Origin: Siniperca chuatsi
Taxonomy: Eukaryota
Length of the DNA stretch: 64,000 nt
Direction of reading: 5' to 3'
NCBI RefSeq assembly: GCF_020085105.1
Contig: NC_058054.1
Location: forward strand, 6,995,595 to 7,059,594
The notes under the pieces were generated by a model. It was not told the origin of the DNA. It did not search any database and saw only the letters and a program-made list of their open reading frames with translations. Both the position numbers and the translations under genes were made by a program. Of the stretch, positions 1-12,574 are shown piece by piece; within the stretch, counting starts at the first letter, position 1; every line of letters begins with the position of its first letter.

Positions 1-494
1 TGAAAACAGCCTCTTTCTTTTGTTTGTCTCCAGGGAGTCCACTTAGCTCACGAAAATTATAGCCAACATGTGTTTTGTTGTTTTTTTTCCCCCTCCACTC
101 TCGACATGAAACCCACTCCCACACCTGCACACCACCACATGGTGTTTGTGCATGCCGATGAGATTAGGTTGCATTGTGCCCAGTTTATCTGCTTCCTTTT
201 TCAACATCTTCATGGAAGATTTTGGCCCTTTTCACTTCTGCAAAAACAGCAGCACAGTCAGAATCCCTTTTATCATCACTTCCACTCTTGATCTGAGCAT
301 ATACAGTATAAAAAGTGAAACTGAGGAACACTTGAAGTTGAATTCTTGCTCTTTGTTTATGTTTCTCAATCTTTTTGTCTCCCTGACATACACCTCATCT
401 ACACTGTAGACCCAGACCCTTTGTCTTTACAAAAGAAAAAAAAATCTTGGTATTGATATATGATTTTTAAGCAATATTATTTCTGTTGTTTCAG

Positions 495-572
495 AATGAA
501 GGTGGAAACAGGTCCTTGTTTGACAAGCTGGAAGACTTCCGAATTGACCCAGCACAGCCTGAAGACAGACAG
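495..572 (+). CDS. ApoL-like paralog A, internal coding exon (78 nt, phase 0): NEGGNRSLFDKLEDFRIDPAQPEDRQ
   Basis: Polypyrimidine tract and CAG acceptor, GT donor at 573. No stops in frame. Its position matches exon 20654-20728 of paralog B. Confidence 0.45.
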
Positions 573-693
573 GTTGATTTCTGAAGCAAAATATGTCACC
601 ATAGCAACATTTCAATATAAACTGATGCCTCATTATTAACCGTTTGGATAGCAACCATAAACAAACCCATACAAATCTAATGGTGTCTTTCAG

Positions 694-733
694 GATGTGG
701 AAAATCTTATGGAGTGGTGGAACACAGTGGAGT
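694..733 (+). CDS. ApoL-like paralog A exon (40 nt, ends phase 1): DVENLMEWWNTVE
   Basis: CAG acceptor at 691-693 and GTAAGT donor at 734. Paralogous to exon 21920-21959 (ESDELMEWWNTVK), with the same length and phase. Confidence 0.65.
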
Positions 734-904
734 GTAAGTTACAAATAAAATGTTTTTTACTTTGTTTGTCTTTCTTTGTGCTTTCTTCTGAAAGTGGAGG
801 GCCAAATTTTTAATTTCTTCTTGAACCAGTATATGACCAAAAAGTATGTGGACATCCTTGTTTACATACTTTACTGTGCTGTTTTTCATGTTTTGGGCCC
901 CTTA

Positions 905-1340
905 GTACCAATTAAAGGAAATCTTGATGCTGCATAGACAATAGGGTTCTTCCAACTTTTTTGGCAACAGTTTGGGGAAGACCCTTTCCTGTTTTAGCAT
1001 GACATCGCCCCATGCACAAAGCCAGGTCCACAAAGAAAAGGTTTTCCGGGTTTAGTGTGGAGGAACTTGACTGGCCTGCACAGAGCCCTGACCTCAACCC
1101 CATCCAACACCTTTGGGATGAACTGGAATGCAGACTGCAAGCCAGGCTTTATCATCCCAACATCATTGTTGGAATGCTCTAATGCTCTTGTGGCCAAATG
1201 GGAACTAATCCCTGCAGCCAGGTTCCAAAATATGGTGGAAAGTCTGAAAACAGACGAGTGGTAGCAGCAGATTAAAACCCATGCTTTTGGAACAAGAAGT
1301 TCTGGATGTTTTGGTGTCCACCTACTTTTGGCCATGTAAT
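905..1340 (+). mobile_element. Degenerate Tc1/mariner-like transposase remnant (C-terminal part, frameshifted) inside an intron of paralog A
   Basis: Translation reads ..EELDWPAQSPDLNPIQHLWDELECRLQARL.., then frameshifts to ..LLECSNALVAKWELIPAARFQNMVESLKTDEW*. This is a typical Tc1 transposase C-terminus. Confidence 0.7.
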
Positions 1341-1402
1341 GTTTTATAATTTAACATTATGAGAATGCTAAATGTCATTCTTTCTTACTTTTACTTCCTC
1401 AG

Positions 1403-1454
1403 CTTGGGAAGACACGCCTCAAGATGATGAGATGACAGAAAAACAAGAAGCCAA
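1403..1454 (+). CDS. ApoL-like paralog A exon (52 nt, phase 1 in, 2 out): SWEDTPQDDEMTEKQEA
   Basis: AG acceptor at 1401-1402 and GTGAGT donor at 1455. Same length and phase as paralog B exon 22228-22279 (GWTDWNETSNFQEGDEE). Confidence 0.65.
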
Positions 1455-2021
1455 GTGAGTGAAGGCTCAAATAGGCGTTAATATAATATTTAATTGCCTT
1501 GTGTCTTTGGTTTCTTAAAGGGTCTGTTCACCACATGGTTTATGTGTCATTATGTTTATGTGCCGAAGTTTTGAGATATCCTAACCTAGATCTAAAATGT
1601 CTTCCATCACCCCAATTTGTGCTGTTCAAAACACTGAAAAATTACATTTTACAAAACTCAGACAGAAACAATGTCACAAAAACAATGCTACCATTACTCT
1701 AAGTAATCCACAGCCGTTTTCATAGGGACAATGTCTTCAGTAGAGAGTAGTTCCAAAGAAAACTGTTGACAGCAAGTGTGTGGATTATCCAGAGTAATCA
1801 GGACATTGTTTCTAGAAATACACATTGCTGTTTTTTAAATGTGATTTTCCAATGCTTTTCACAGCAGAACTTTTTTTAGGCCTATTCACCTCTATTGTAT
1901 TGAAGAGGAAGCTGGATATCTCAAAACTTGGGCAAATAAAACCACTACTATCTAAATGGCTAGATACACTTTAAATAGTGACCTCTCTCTGTGTAATTAC
2001 TGTATAACTTGTTCCTCTCAG

Positions 2022-2949
2022 GGCGTTTGCTGTGACGGCAGATAAGGTGCAGAAGGGCATCCGTGTCTTCAACAAACTGTTCTCGGAGCGAGCTGAGAGC
2101 CTCTGGCAGCACGTCATTGACCTCAACAGCATCGCCGACGGCCTGGACAAATTCAACAAGAACACAAAGATCGCTCAAATCACCGGCGGCTCCACCAGCG
2201 CTATCGGGGGCGTAACCACCATCACCGGCCTCGCTCTGGCCCCGCTCACCATGGGAGTGTCCTTGATTGTGACGGCGGTGGGATTGGGTGTTGCCACGGC
2301 AGGCGGTCTGACATCAGCTGGTGCCGGCATCTCCAACCAGGTCAACAACTCAATGGACCGCAAGAAGGTGGAGAAGATTGTGCAGGATTATCAGGAGAAG
2401 ATGGTCGACCTCAACAAGTGCCTGACATTCATCAAGCAGGGTATTGAGAACCTGAAGAAATTTGACCTGATCAAGATGAAAAAAACCGCTTACAACCGTG
2501 ACTTCCCTGCGCTCAATAGTAGTTTCTATGCGGATGGTGCCATGGCAGGAAAGGCGATCCTCAGCAATCTTAATGAGATCATGCGTGTGGTGCACATGGC
2601 CAATGTGGCGGGCAGCACAGCAGCCAGAGCGGTCCAGATTGCCAGCATGGCCACTGGTGTACTCACTGGACTCTTTGTAGGTATGGACATCTACTTTGTG
2701 GCCAAAGACTCCAAAGAACTCAAGAAAGGGGCCAAGTCAGAGTTCGCTGCCAAAATCAGGGAGGTGACTACGCAGCTGCATGAAGGTCTGGTGGAGCTCA
2801 ACGGGATACGAGAGGAGCTGCAGTCCACCTCGCCGAAAAACAACGCAGGCAATGTTATCGCTGCTTTGGACAGTAACAAGAAAGAGAAAGATAACAAATA
2901 TGACAGTTCGGATGAACATGAAATCGACCGCATTAAAAAAAGCCATTGA
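2022..2949 (+). CDS. ApoL-like paralog A terminal exon. It holds the complete apolipoprotein-L domain (Gly-rich hairpin ...ITGLALAPLTMGVSLIVTAVGLGVATAGG..., then ...MDIYFVAKDSKELKKGAKSEFAAKIREVTTQLHEGLVELN...). Stop TGA at 2947-2949.
   Basis: Matches the 305-aa ORF in the track. The CAG acceptor at 2019-2021 sits in the same frame. Clear similarity to the ApoL family, for example human APOL6 (GLAPFTEGGSL / [37 protein letters not shown]). Confidence 0.85.
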
Positions 2950-5900
2950 AAAGGACATTGAGAACCGAGAATATGACAGCAGTGCTGCCAAGTTTCACGC
3001 ATTGATTGTGAGAAAGTGTTGGATAGCTTTTCACATGCTCTCAGGCCACACGTCCATTTTCTCCCGCTGCGATAAGCAAATTTAAAGGCTAATTGATAAC
3101 GGCACCAAAAGAGGACAGCGTGCGGACAGACAAGAGCAGCACAGCGCAACAGCGAGTTATTCAGACCATCAGGGGGAAAGAAAGAAATATCCACAAATCT
3201 ATTATATTGTAATTTACTTCAATACATGCTGCTCAGAGTAATCTCAGTCAGCGGCTTCTCTGGCAGCAGCGCACCGTCTCCCTTTCCTCTCACGCCGTGT
3301 GCTCGCAGGCAGTGAGTTACTATGGTTACAGGGACTGTCTGTCGCTCTGAAACTTTGGCGAGATTCCCAATATTAGGTTTTTAGGTTAGTATGCCTATGC
3401 AAAATCATGAATGTAATTGTACCTAAATGCTGAACTCTAGTAGGTAACATTATTTTACATTTTTGGTTAGCATTATACATTGTTGCCAACACACTCTCAT
3501 CTTTCTCAAATCTATCTCACAAATCTCCCGCCAAATAAGAGGAAGCCTCAAAGCCACTCCTTCATGAAAAAATATAATATTTTTGAATATAATATATATA
3601 TATAATATATTTCTTTGCACACAGGACAAAGTCTGAACTTCAGGCTTTTTTTCCAGAGCCCAAAGCACACAGTTTGTGTGGATTTAGTTGAGAAAGGCAC
3701 ACACACACACAAACTGCTACAAAATCAAAAAATGCCTTTCATGTATGCAGAGTTTTGCCTCACTTAGATTACATAAATGGACAGTAGATAATCCAGATTG
3801 AGGGGGTTGAGGAGTGATGACCCCGACCCCTGCGGTGGGTAATGTCGCAGAAGGCCTACTCATAAAATGCACCAACTTCACCAATACAGAATCTCACTCC
3901 AAACAAAATTGAAAACTTGGCAGCCCTGTTTGACTGAAACTTCAAAACTTAATTTATTATTAAGGTTTCAAAGAGAAGATTCAAGCATTGTCAGTTTACC
4001 AGTTCCCCTGGTACAAGTTTTTGAAAGTACCGACTCCAGCATACAGCTGCATTGTTAGTATCTACAAGGTCGTTGGTGCCAGTTTCTTCAAATGGAAAAC
4101 TACAATCAGGCTTATTTTGAATGTCCAAAGAGGAGACTTTCCTCTTTATGAAATACACTGGTTTCTAAAGCTTCTGGACTTTTCTTTTAGGGATCTGACT
4201 AAACAGTATTTACACTGCTGGGAGGAACTGAGGTTTTGTGGTAGATAAAGTATCGTATCTGCTTTCCTGGCAATTGTGCCAACGTGTGAAACAGCCATGA
4301 AAATGGGATTTAAAGATTTATCTAAATCATGTAGTTGGATAGTACAGTTTTAGATTAATTAAAGAAATAGGTGCAAAGTATTTTCTAGACTTTATAATTT
4401 AGACTTTTAAGTGACGCTTAGAGTTTCATCAAAGTGTGTTGGTTCATATTGAAACATGAGGACTTTTACTGACCAGGTGTAGAGATTGTTTATACTCTTA
4501 CGGACGAGTGCCTTTATTATTTATAATTCCTTAGAAATACAGTATGATGCAGTGTAGTCTGTTTCTGTATTTGGGTGTCAGGGCTGCAACAAACCCATTT
4601 CCCGACTTCCCCTGACTGTTTTGGATCTGATGCGGGATGTTGATGTTAAAATTTTACAAGTCTTGTTTGGCTTTATGATATTGGTCTCATTTTGAAGAAT
4701 GACAGTAATAAGATTTGTTTTAGATCGTTTTTTACAAAGAGCCAATAAAATGACAAAATGATGGTGAAAAAGAACCCGGGTGGGGTTGCATCGGCTGTTC
4801 GTGAATCCAAGTTTGTATGTAAAGTGTTTAATAGCTAGTTTCAAACTAGTGATTCACTAAATTGGATAGTACCATTCAAACGTAAGGAATGTCCTAGCTA
4901 CTTTAGTAATGTGTTAATCGGTTGTTAGGAAACATCTGTAGGGATCTGACTAATTGTCAAGTGTAAACAGGACAAGCCGTAACATAACTTCCAAAAGTAA
5001 CAGTTTTAGGGGGGCAAATTACATATCTAACTTAACTGCCAATCATTTGTAAATTTATGCACTAGTTTGTTTTATTTAAGAATGCACACATGGAGAAATA
5101 CATGTGATTCAGAGTTATTAGTATTTATGCAGTTTTAGGATGAGGGAGAAATTTCTGATTATGCTAACGTAACTGACATTATTTCATCATTTAGTGTAAT
5201 GTTTTGGCATTTTTTTGTAATCTGTGGTAGAATGGGTTTCTTCCCAGTTTACATAATTACGAAACAGCATCAGGTCAGATATGTCAACCATATTTCATAT
5301 TATCTCTAAAACTCCCCAGTCTAACCTGGACATATATTAGCAAGCTAGCATTAGCTTTGTTATTTGGTTCCGTTAGCTAGGCAGCCGTTACACCTGGGAG
5401 TTACTGGGTGTAAATATTTTGCTAGCAACTAATGACTATGTGAGAAATAGTTCTTGTGGAGCAACCTGTTTTAATTTAGTGATGTGTAAATCTCCACTTA
5501 GTAAACACTTTTAAATTTCAAGTTAGAACTTGCGAACAGCTGGTGCAACTGGCTCCATGCGAATACAGCAGGGGATGACACAAACATGTCTGAGGTGAAC
5601 TTGTAGAACTGATGGGAAATAAATTACGGTATTTATTTTCTTACAAGTTTAGCCATTGGATTTTAATCATGTCTTCAGTCATATTAGATGTTTAAATGGT
5701 TTCCTGGTGTAAAATAGTCCCTTATTAGACAAGTGGAATGACACAGGACTGTATAAACCAGCCAGCCTTTTGTCATTCCCTTTTATTAAGACATTAATAT
5801 TTTAAAGATTGTTATTTCAAAGTCGGTGTTTGATATGTGGTCTGTACTGTAAGCTCTGAAGATGCCCTGTGTGTTCTGTTTAAAGAACTTTATATTTCAT

Positions 5901-8399
5901 TTTCAGTCTTGTTCTGGGTGTTGTTCATTCAATGATACCTTTATGTGCAATATATTGTATAACTCCCTAACCCTAACCCACTAAATGTAACTGTAGAATT
6001 GATAATTAAAGGTCAGAGAAGCATTTTCTGTCAATCTGTGCGTAATGCAAAGTCTGTATGCAAGCGAGCAAACACTTAATTTCCTTCTACCGACTACTGG
6101 GCACCGAGTTGGTATTTGCTCAGTTAATAACCAAGATAAATGTGTTTGTCAAAGCACCATTTACTTTCCTTCAGAAATTTCCATGACGAATGTAGATGGA
6201 AGTCTTCCAGCTGCAAAAGTCTCAGCATTTCTGTCATCCTTTATATTTTTACCATGAGAATGTATATACTAGTTTGATCTTGTATTATGAGATTAGGGTT
6301 AAATTTATGTTGAGATTACAGTCAATATTTTGTGACAGTATTCAACATTTTACCCCCCCCCCCCATATTCTGTGGATTTTCTGTATGTGTTTAGGCAACA
6401 AGACACAAAAACTCGACCCACCTGTTGTGTTATAGGAAATCCTGGGGCCTGTAAATGAAAACATTATTCAAGAATAATAATATTTTTAAGAAACTATGAA
6501 TGTTTAGACGTTACGCAGCTGTGATTAGAGAGGAAACCTTCGTACTGGAGTGATTTAATGGTGTTTAGACCAAATTTAACACCAGAATATTCATCAATAA
6601 CAATGAAAGCCCACTGTGACATAAAATCACTATAAACTTTTTACAGGGACACAGTGAGTTTTTACTAATATTATAACGGTTACAGTATGTTTTTCTATGG
6701 TTTTACTTTAGGATTCTTTAGAAGATAAACAGTATCTTAAGATTTTACTGTAATATTTTTACCCTCCCAGGGCCAAAGCTACAATTGAGGACACCGAGTT
6801 CATGTCTTTGAATTTGGGCATTTTAACAAATCTGAGGAAAATTTTACATTTTACAGTTACACATTAACAATATCTAAATCGAACAGTTAAATAAAATCGA
6901 ACAGTTAAATTAACAAAATTGATATTGAAAAACTGTACTCTAAAAAGAAAAAAGTGAAATAATCAGATGATCTTAGACTTTTTTTGGTGGTTATAGGAAA
7001 AAAAAAATCTAAGGGGGTGGGACTGAACTGGGAGATTTTAGTCTCATGCCCTCAGTATTTCTAATATTAAGTACAGAATAAATATATGGACCATTATGAT
7101 TTCACAATGTGTCGCTGTTGGGACTTCTGCCAAGATGATAACTGCATCTTTCTTTTCTATTTTTTGGAACAGCTCCCATCAGTTTTTGCTTACATGTTGT
7201 TGACTCGTGAAACTGATGAGTCACACCGGCTGGGAAAGGCACAGACACAGGTAGACCTCAAACTGGCCACGCCCCACTCCCAGGTGAGTCCACAGCCACC
7301 TCAAAGCATCTTCTCCGAATGCAAAAACCAGGTGAGATATTGGACTTTTGATGCTGCCTTTCATCTTTGGAACAATTATCAGATGGACATTTGGTGACAA
7401 AGATCTTCTGTGGTCGCCGTGTATTGTAACAGATGATTTCACTGTGGGGATGTGTGGCACAGAAGCCCTCAGGGCGTGATTTGGTTGGTTTAAGACGCTT
7501 TGATCGACCTTGTTAGTAATGCTGCCTTTGGGTGGTGTCGGAAATATTTGGATTACATAAAGTGGAGGTAAAATAGACTTGAGCAACATGTGAACATGAG
7601 ATGGACAGGTAGAGTGTACATGAGTAGTTGAAATGTAAAGGTGGAGAGGATGAAAGCTGCAATAACCATATTAATGTTTGCATTTTATTCTAGGCTAAAT
7701 AAACAACATTGCATACTTTTATTTCACATTTAGGTATATTTTTGCATTTTTTTGTGTTTGTATTTTATTCTTGTTTTGCACACTTTGTCTTTAAAGGCAC
7801 ATTGGAAATTATTTTTTCTGATGCAATAGTTGTGTAGTTTAACATATTTCTAGATGAAACAGGATGTTGACACTATGGCTGGTTATTTGAAATGTTTCAA
7901 TATGATACCTGTGTTATTAGTAGTGAAAGTAGAATGATACCTTTTTTTGCATGCAAGAACTGAATCTAAACAAAAATCTAGAATAAAGGGAGAGAGGCCT
8001 ACTAAATAAAAAATTATGTTGCAGTGCATCAACCCCCAATGTGCAGTGCAAAGGTTACTTACTGTGTTATAAATTACAAGCAGTGAAAAAAAAAAGATAA
8101 GTTATCATGACAGAATTAATGTATCTTTTTTCTCCATGACATCTCCTGGGCTTCACCAATTTTCAGTAAGATGTTTCAATACTCAAGGAAAAAATAGTAC
8201 AAGTAGCCTACTGAAATGATCAGCCCTGTAATATTTTTGTAGAAATATGTGAGAAAATTAAAAGAAAAAACGTCAATTATTATGCAACATGCTGGAGAAG
8301 CCATTTTTATATACAGTGTGATTATAAAAAAAAGAATCAAGCACTAGCCTACTTATAGTGTACATAACAAAAATAAACCAAAGCGCTTGAGTCGTCTTA

Positions 8400-8599
8400 T
8401 GTGACTGAAGTGCTGTGATTTCGGAGCTTTGGAGGGGCTCTTGAACGCCTCACGTGTGCAGATGTTGTGCGGGTGCGGTGAAGTTTTACAAACTCCTGGG
8501 AATATCGTGACCATGAAGGAGCCGTCACTGCTCGCTGCTTTGACAGTATTTGGTTCAAACTGAATGTAAAAGGATCTCTGAGTTGTCTTCTTATCTTCG
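8400..8599 (+). other. Candidate non-coding first exon (5' UTR) of ApoL-like paralog B
   Basis: GC-richer block that ends at a GTAGGT donor at 8600. It holds only a short uORF. It lies 1.15 kb upstream of the ATG exon. No transcript evidence. Confidence 0.25.
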
Positions 8600-9244
8600 G
8601 TAGGTTGAAACCGCTCAGTCTGACATCAGCGCCATTTAGTTTTATAGTTTTTAGACGTTTATAATGTACAGTTTACCGTCCGTGTAAGTGACGAGTGCAT
8701 TTTCAGATTTTAAATGTTAGCTAGCGTTAGCCAAACGTTTTCAGCTTGTAAGCTAATTTTCAGTAAGGTTAAAATAAAGCAGAGCTGAGTTCAGCACATC
8801 AGGCTACAGTTTTAGGAAATGTTTATTGTGGTAAAGTTACTTCTCCAAATGGTTCATACAGAAAGTGACCACTGTAACTGTATTTCTTCCTATATAAATA
8901 CTTATATTAATTAATAGACTTTTTCTACTCTAGTGTTTTTCTGATCAGTTGAATGTTGCTATGAAAAGCAGAGGTGGACAAGTACTTAAGTTGTAGTGTT
9001 GTACTTCTACAGTTTTGCAGTACTTGTACTTGAGAATTACCATTTTTGTGCTTCATTATACTCCATTGTACTGCATACTGCTGGCAATAGTTACGTTACA
9101 CATAAAGTTTTTGCAAGAAAACCTGATATGCTTATAAATATGATGGATTGCCATTAAGTACTGAACTGCCAAGTACATTATGCTGCTGATACTGGAGTAC
9201 TTTTGAGTACTTTTGAATCCAGTACTTTTACTTTTTGGGTTTGT

Positions 9245-9440
9245 GGTATTTAGGGCTGCAGCTTACAATTATGTTATCCATTAAATGATTAATCATTTGA
9301 TTTTAACGATGTCATATATTCAAATGTCTTATGTCGTCTAACCAGTAGTTAAAAAGCCAAATATATAAATTTTACTATCACATTATCAAAATTGTTGCTG
9401 GTTAATTTTTTGCTGATTGATTAATAAACTAATGATCTCA
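9245..9440. repeat. Copy of a teleost MITE-like interspersed repeat (GGGCTGCAGCTaAC ... ATTATCAAAATTGTTGCTGGTTAATTTT ... CAGCTgTAG). Related copies lie at 43748-43960, 45890-46300 and 47450-47790.
   Basis: Shared internal blocks and inverted termini (tAGAGCTGcAgC / GTTTCAGCTCTA) recur among four copies in this window. Confidence 0.5.
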
Positions 9441-9747
9441 GCTGTAGTTGTATTTCTTATTTTACTGAAGGATCTGAATATGTATTTCCCCACTGGTACT
9501 TGGATAGTACATATACTGTTAGTATGTAGTATGGAATTGGTACATAACATGTGGCCTAAGTGGAATGCAGGTATTATCAATGTAATCAATTACACCTGTG
9601 CTTTTCCTGTTATGGCATGTCAAAAGGTATGCTGTGAAGAACAGTGGAAGTTTGTCTCGTACTTTCATCTGGTCCAGTAGGCATTCAAATTGTAAATGCT
9701 CCAATCACAAACTGTTTACACTTTATCTTCCGGTGTCACTCTTACAG

Positions 9748-9800
9748 GCAGGATGGAGGCGTGTGTGATGAAGCCAGAAGTCAAAAAGAAACTAGAGCCG
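9748..9800 (+). CDS. ApoL-like paralog B, start-codon exon (ATG at 9753): MEACVMKPEVKKKLEP, no signal peptide
   Basis: Acceptor tcttacag at 9741-9747. Kozak-like context gcaggATGG. GTGAGA donor at 9801. Confidence 0.5.
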
Positions 9801-10002
9801 GTGAGAACATTTAGATCTAACACAAAAACACTGAACTAATGCACAACACAGTCTAAATACTCTCCAACACTGAAGTACAACAACACTGTACAGTATATAA
9901 AAACATCAAAAACATCGTACGACAGAGGAAGATGAAACCTGTTATTGTATACAGTACACACTCAGGTCTCATAATGTCTCATGTTCTCTTCTCTTTTCAC
10001 AG

Positions 10003-10029
10003 CCAAAACCTCCTCCAAAGCCTGCAGAG
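10003..10029 (+). CDS. Paralog B mini-exon (27 nt, phase 0): PKPPPKPAE
   Basis: ttttcacag acceptor and GTACTG donor. Open frame continuous with neighbouring exons. Confidence 0.4.
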
Positions 10030-10149
10030 GTACTGGAATAAACCCAAACCTTTGACTAGCTATGTGACAAAGTTACCCAGTAGGTTTTTTTATATATGTT
10101 TTCAGGATGTTGTAGTAAGGCTACTCAGCCAAGTAAACTATCTTTCCAG

Positions 10150-10218
10150 ATAAAAAGAAATGACCCAGAGAGACTGGAGAAACCGACTCCTCTAGTGCCT
10201 CAACGACCTACAGATGCT
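10150..10218 (+). CDS. Paralog B exon (69 nt, phase 0): IKRNDPERLEKPTPLVPQRPTDA
   Basis: ctttccag acceptor and GTAAGT donor. Open frame. Confidence 0.45.
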
Positions 10219-10699
10219 GTAAGTGGAGCATGGTCTTTGGTTTATGTGTACACAATAACGCGTGGGCCAGTTATCTCTAGTGATGTAGGCTCTATAATGT
10301 AATTGTTTTATGTATCCCAGAGTTTACCTTCTACTGAGCAGAAGTGGTGGGCCAACATTTCTTAAAGATCTGGTAAAATGTAACTAAATTAATTAGTCTG
10401 GGTTCCATTGGAGAGGATTTTTCCACTCTGTGAAACGTTAAACTGGGGGAGGGGGTGGTCCATCAAATCTATATCACTTTTAAACATATTGAATATTGAT
10501 ACAAGCTCGCTTCCATCTTTGGCCACTGGCAGCTTCAGCACAGCAATATCAGAACTGATATATGCCGTAAAAAACTAATTGAAAGAAAACAAAAATGTCT
10601 TCATTTGTAATATGAATTATCAGTGTTTTTCATAGAACTTGGAGAATGGGCCTCTTCAGAGAAACAGATTTTTAAAACAGATTGTTGTTTTCTGTGCAG

Positions 10700-10747
10700 G
10701 AACTGACACAATACTGGATAAAAAGAGCTGCAAAAACAAACAATGAG
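10700..10747 (+). CDS. Paralog B exon (48 nt, phase 0): ELTQYWIKRAAKTNNE
   Basis: tctgtgcag acceptor and GTATTT donor. Confidence 0.4.
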
Positions 10748-11649
10748 GTATTTACTGTATATGTTGTTGTTTTTAATAAATTGCTGTTACTTATGTTTTA
10801 CTAGATAGAGAGACAGAAATAAAAGGTGGGGAGGGGATGATATGTGACAATAGTCTTTAGGTTGAGCCTGCATCTGAGAATATCCTGGGAAACTTTGAAG
10901 ACAACTAGACATTTTTTTTATTTAAAAACAAACAAAACTTAGTGGTAAAGACACATACCATGTTTCTGTCAGACTTCTGGTTCAATTCGATTCGATTTGT
11001 TGCGAGTCATAACCCCTTTCTCTCTCCCTCTGTTTTTGTTTCATATCTGCATCTGAACTGTAACCTATTAAAAAAGACTAAATGCAAAATAAATCTCAGG
11101 AAAAAAACCCAAAAGAGGTACGAAAGATTATTTGAAGATGTTAGTCTTATCTGACATCTCACCAATCATTAGCATATAGGTCAATATATGAAACATCAAT
11201 ATAATTATTTAATATGTGGGTTTACATGTGAAAACCAAATTGTTACATATATATATATAAAATATAGCAGCCTGGTTGCTCTGTCTGGCAGCGTTTGACA
11301 TACTTCAGGTCTAGCACGCTACTGCATATAAAGGGGAGAGCATTGTACAGTGAGTCTCAGCTGTGTCAGTTAGCGCTCCCTGGCACTGCTCACCTGAGCC
11401 ACTCCTCCACCTCTCCCTCTCTGCAGCTGATTGCTTAACCATGCCCACCTCCACAGGGAGAAATCTAAATTACTGACCCGCTGCTTGTAAATGCAGATTT
11501 TAGAGTAATCTGATTATAGCAACACATGTAAACATGTTCCTCTGATTCCCTGCCTTAACCTGTTTTGTTTCAGTAGCCTGCTTAACTGTTACTGTTTATG
11601 CTCAGTGTTCATGTTCGCACAGGTTGAGTAACGTTTTTGTTATGTTTAG

Positions 11650-11709
11650 GGTGCAGAGTCGTTACACAGTGAGCTCTCTGCCAGCACTGGCAGCCTGTCG
11701 GAGGCCAAG
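11650..11709 (+). CDS. Repeat array, A-type mini-exon 1: GAESLHSELSASTGSLSEAK
   Basis: tag acceptor and GTGAGT donor. Carries the ELSAS..SLSE motif. 60 nt, phase 0. Confidence 0.6.
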
Positions 11710-12505
11710 GTGAGTCTTCATGTTAGAAATGACAGACAGATCCTCCCCACGCACCCGCTGAAACTACATGAGTCACCATGACTAACATTAAAGCACGTGT
11801 GAGAGAAAATATCTGCAGCTCCGTAGGTGCAAGATAAGGTTCTTTAATTCTGAAATGAAAGAAAATAAGTAAGTAAGCTTTAACATGTTTTCTGCTTTCT
11901 CTTTTTATTGTGGATGTATCGGGGTGGCGGCCTGTGTGTAGTTGTCTCTTGTTTATATTTTTGTCTATACTTGTTCTAAAAGTTTGAAATAAATTACAAA
12001 AAACAATATAACAAAACCCATCACATGCCACTTATGCTGACCTGAATCGACGTAAACAAAATACTGTGTGTACCAACAGCATCATAAACAATACAAAACA
12101 TTTTCACACAGCTCGTCATGGCTGAATCCAAATAGAAAAGGTTCTGTAGAGTCTTTGCCAACACTACAGAAGCTGTAAAAAGATGAAGACTACCTGCTGC
12201 TGCTTGATTATTAGATGACAGAGACTCAACATCATTCCTACCGCCTCATTTCCTGCCTGCGCTCCATTTAACCGGGTTCACCAACCCTATGGGGGGGGGG
12301 GAAAGCAAATGGCAGACCAAATGGAGCACAGCCAGTATGATGCATGTTCCTTGTATGTCCGCCAATGTGCTCAAATGCTTTAATCCAGGAGGAGCAGAAG
12401 TTACAATATGACAGACATTGAAATATTTAAGCACATTTCCTTTTCTTGTAACCCATTTTCTGTGGAGCTTCGCTCTGTTTCTGACCGTTTTAATTCTTTT
12501 TTCAG

Positions 12506-12574
12506 GAGAATCTGTCGGCACAGAAACATCTTTCAGCCAGCAATGACAGTCTGTCTGAGGCTGCCAACACAAAG
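12506..12574 (+). CDS. A-type mini-exon 2: ENLSAQKHLSASNDSLSEAANTK
   Basis: ttttttcag acceptor and GTCAGT donor. 69 nt, phase 0. Confidence 0.65.

Noticed and set aside
70-409. Two overlapping small + ORFs (73 and 87 aa) at the window start
   Set aside because: They have low-complexity Cys/Phe/His-rich composition, no splice signals or homology, and probably lie in intronic sequence of paralog A.
2691-3194. 167-aa minus-strand ORF overlapping the 3' end of paralog A
   Set aside because: It is antisense to a well-supported conserved coding exon and has no recognisable domain.
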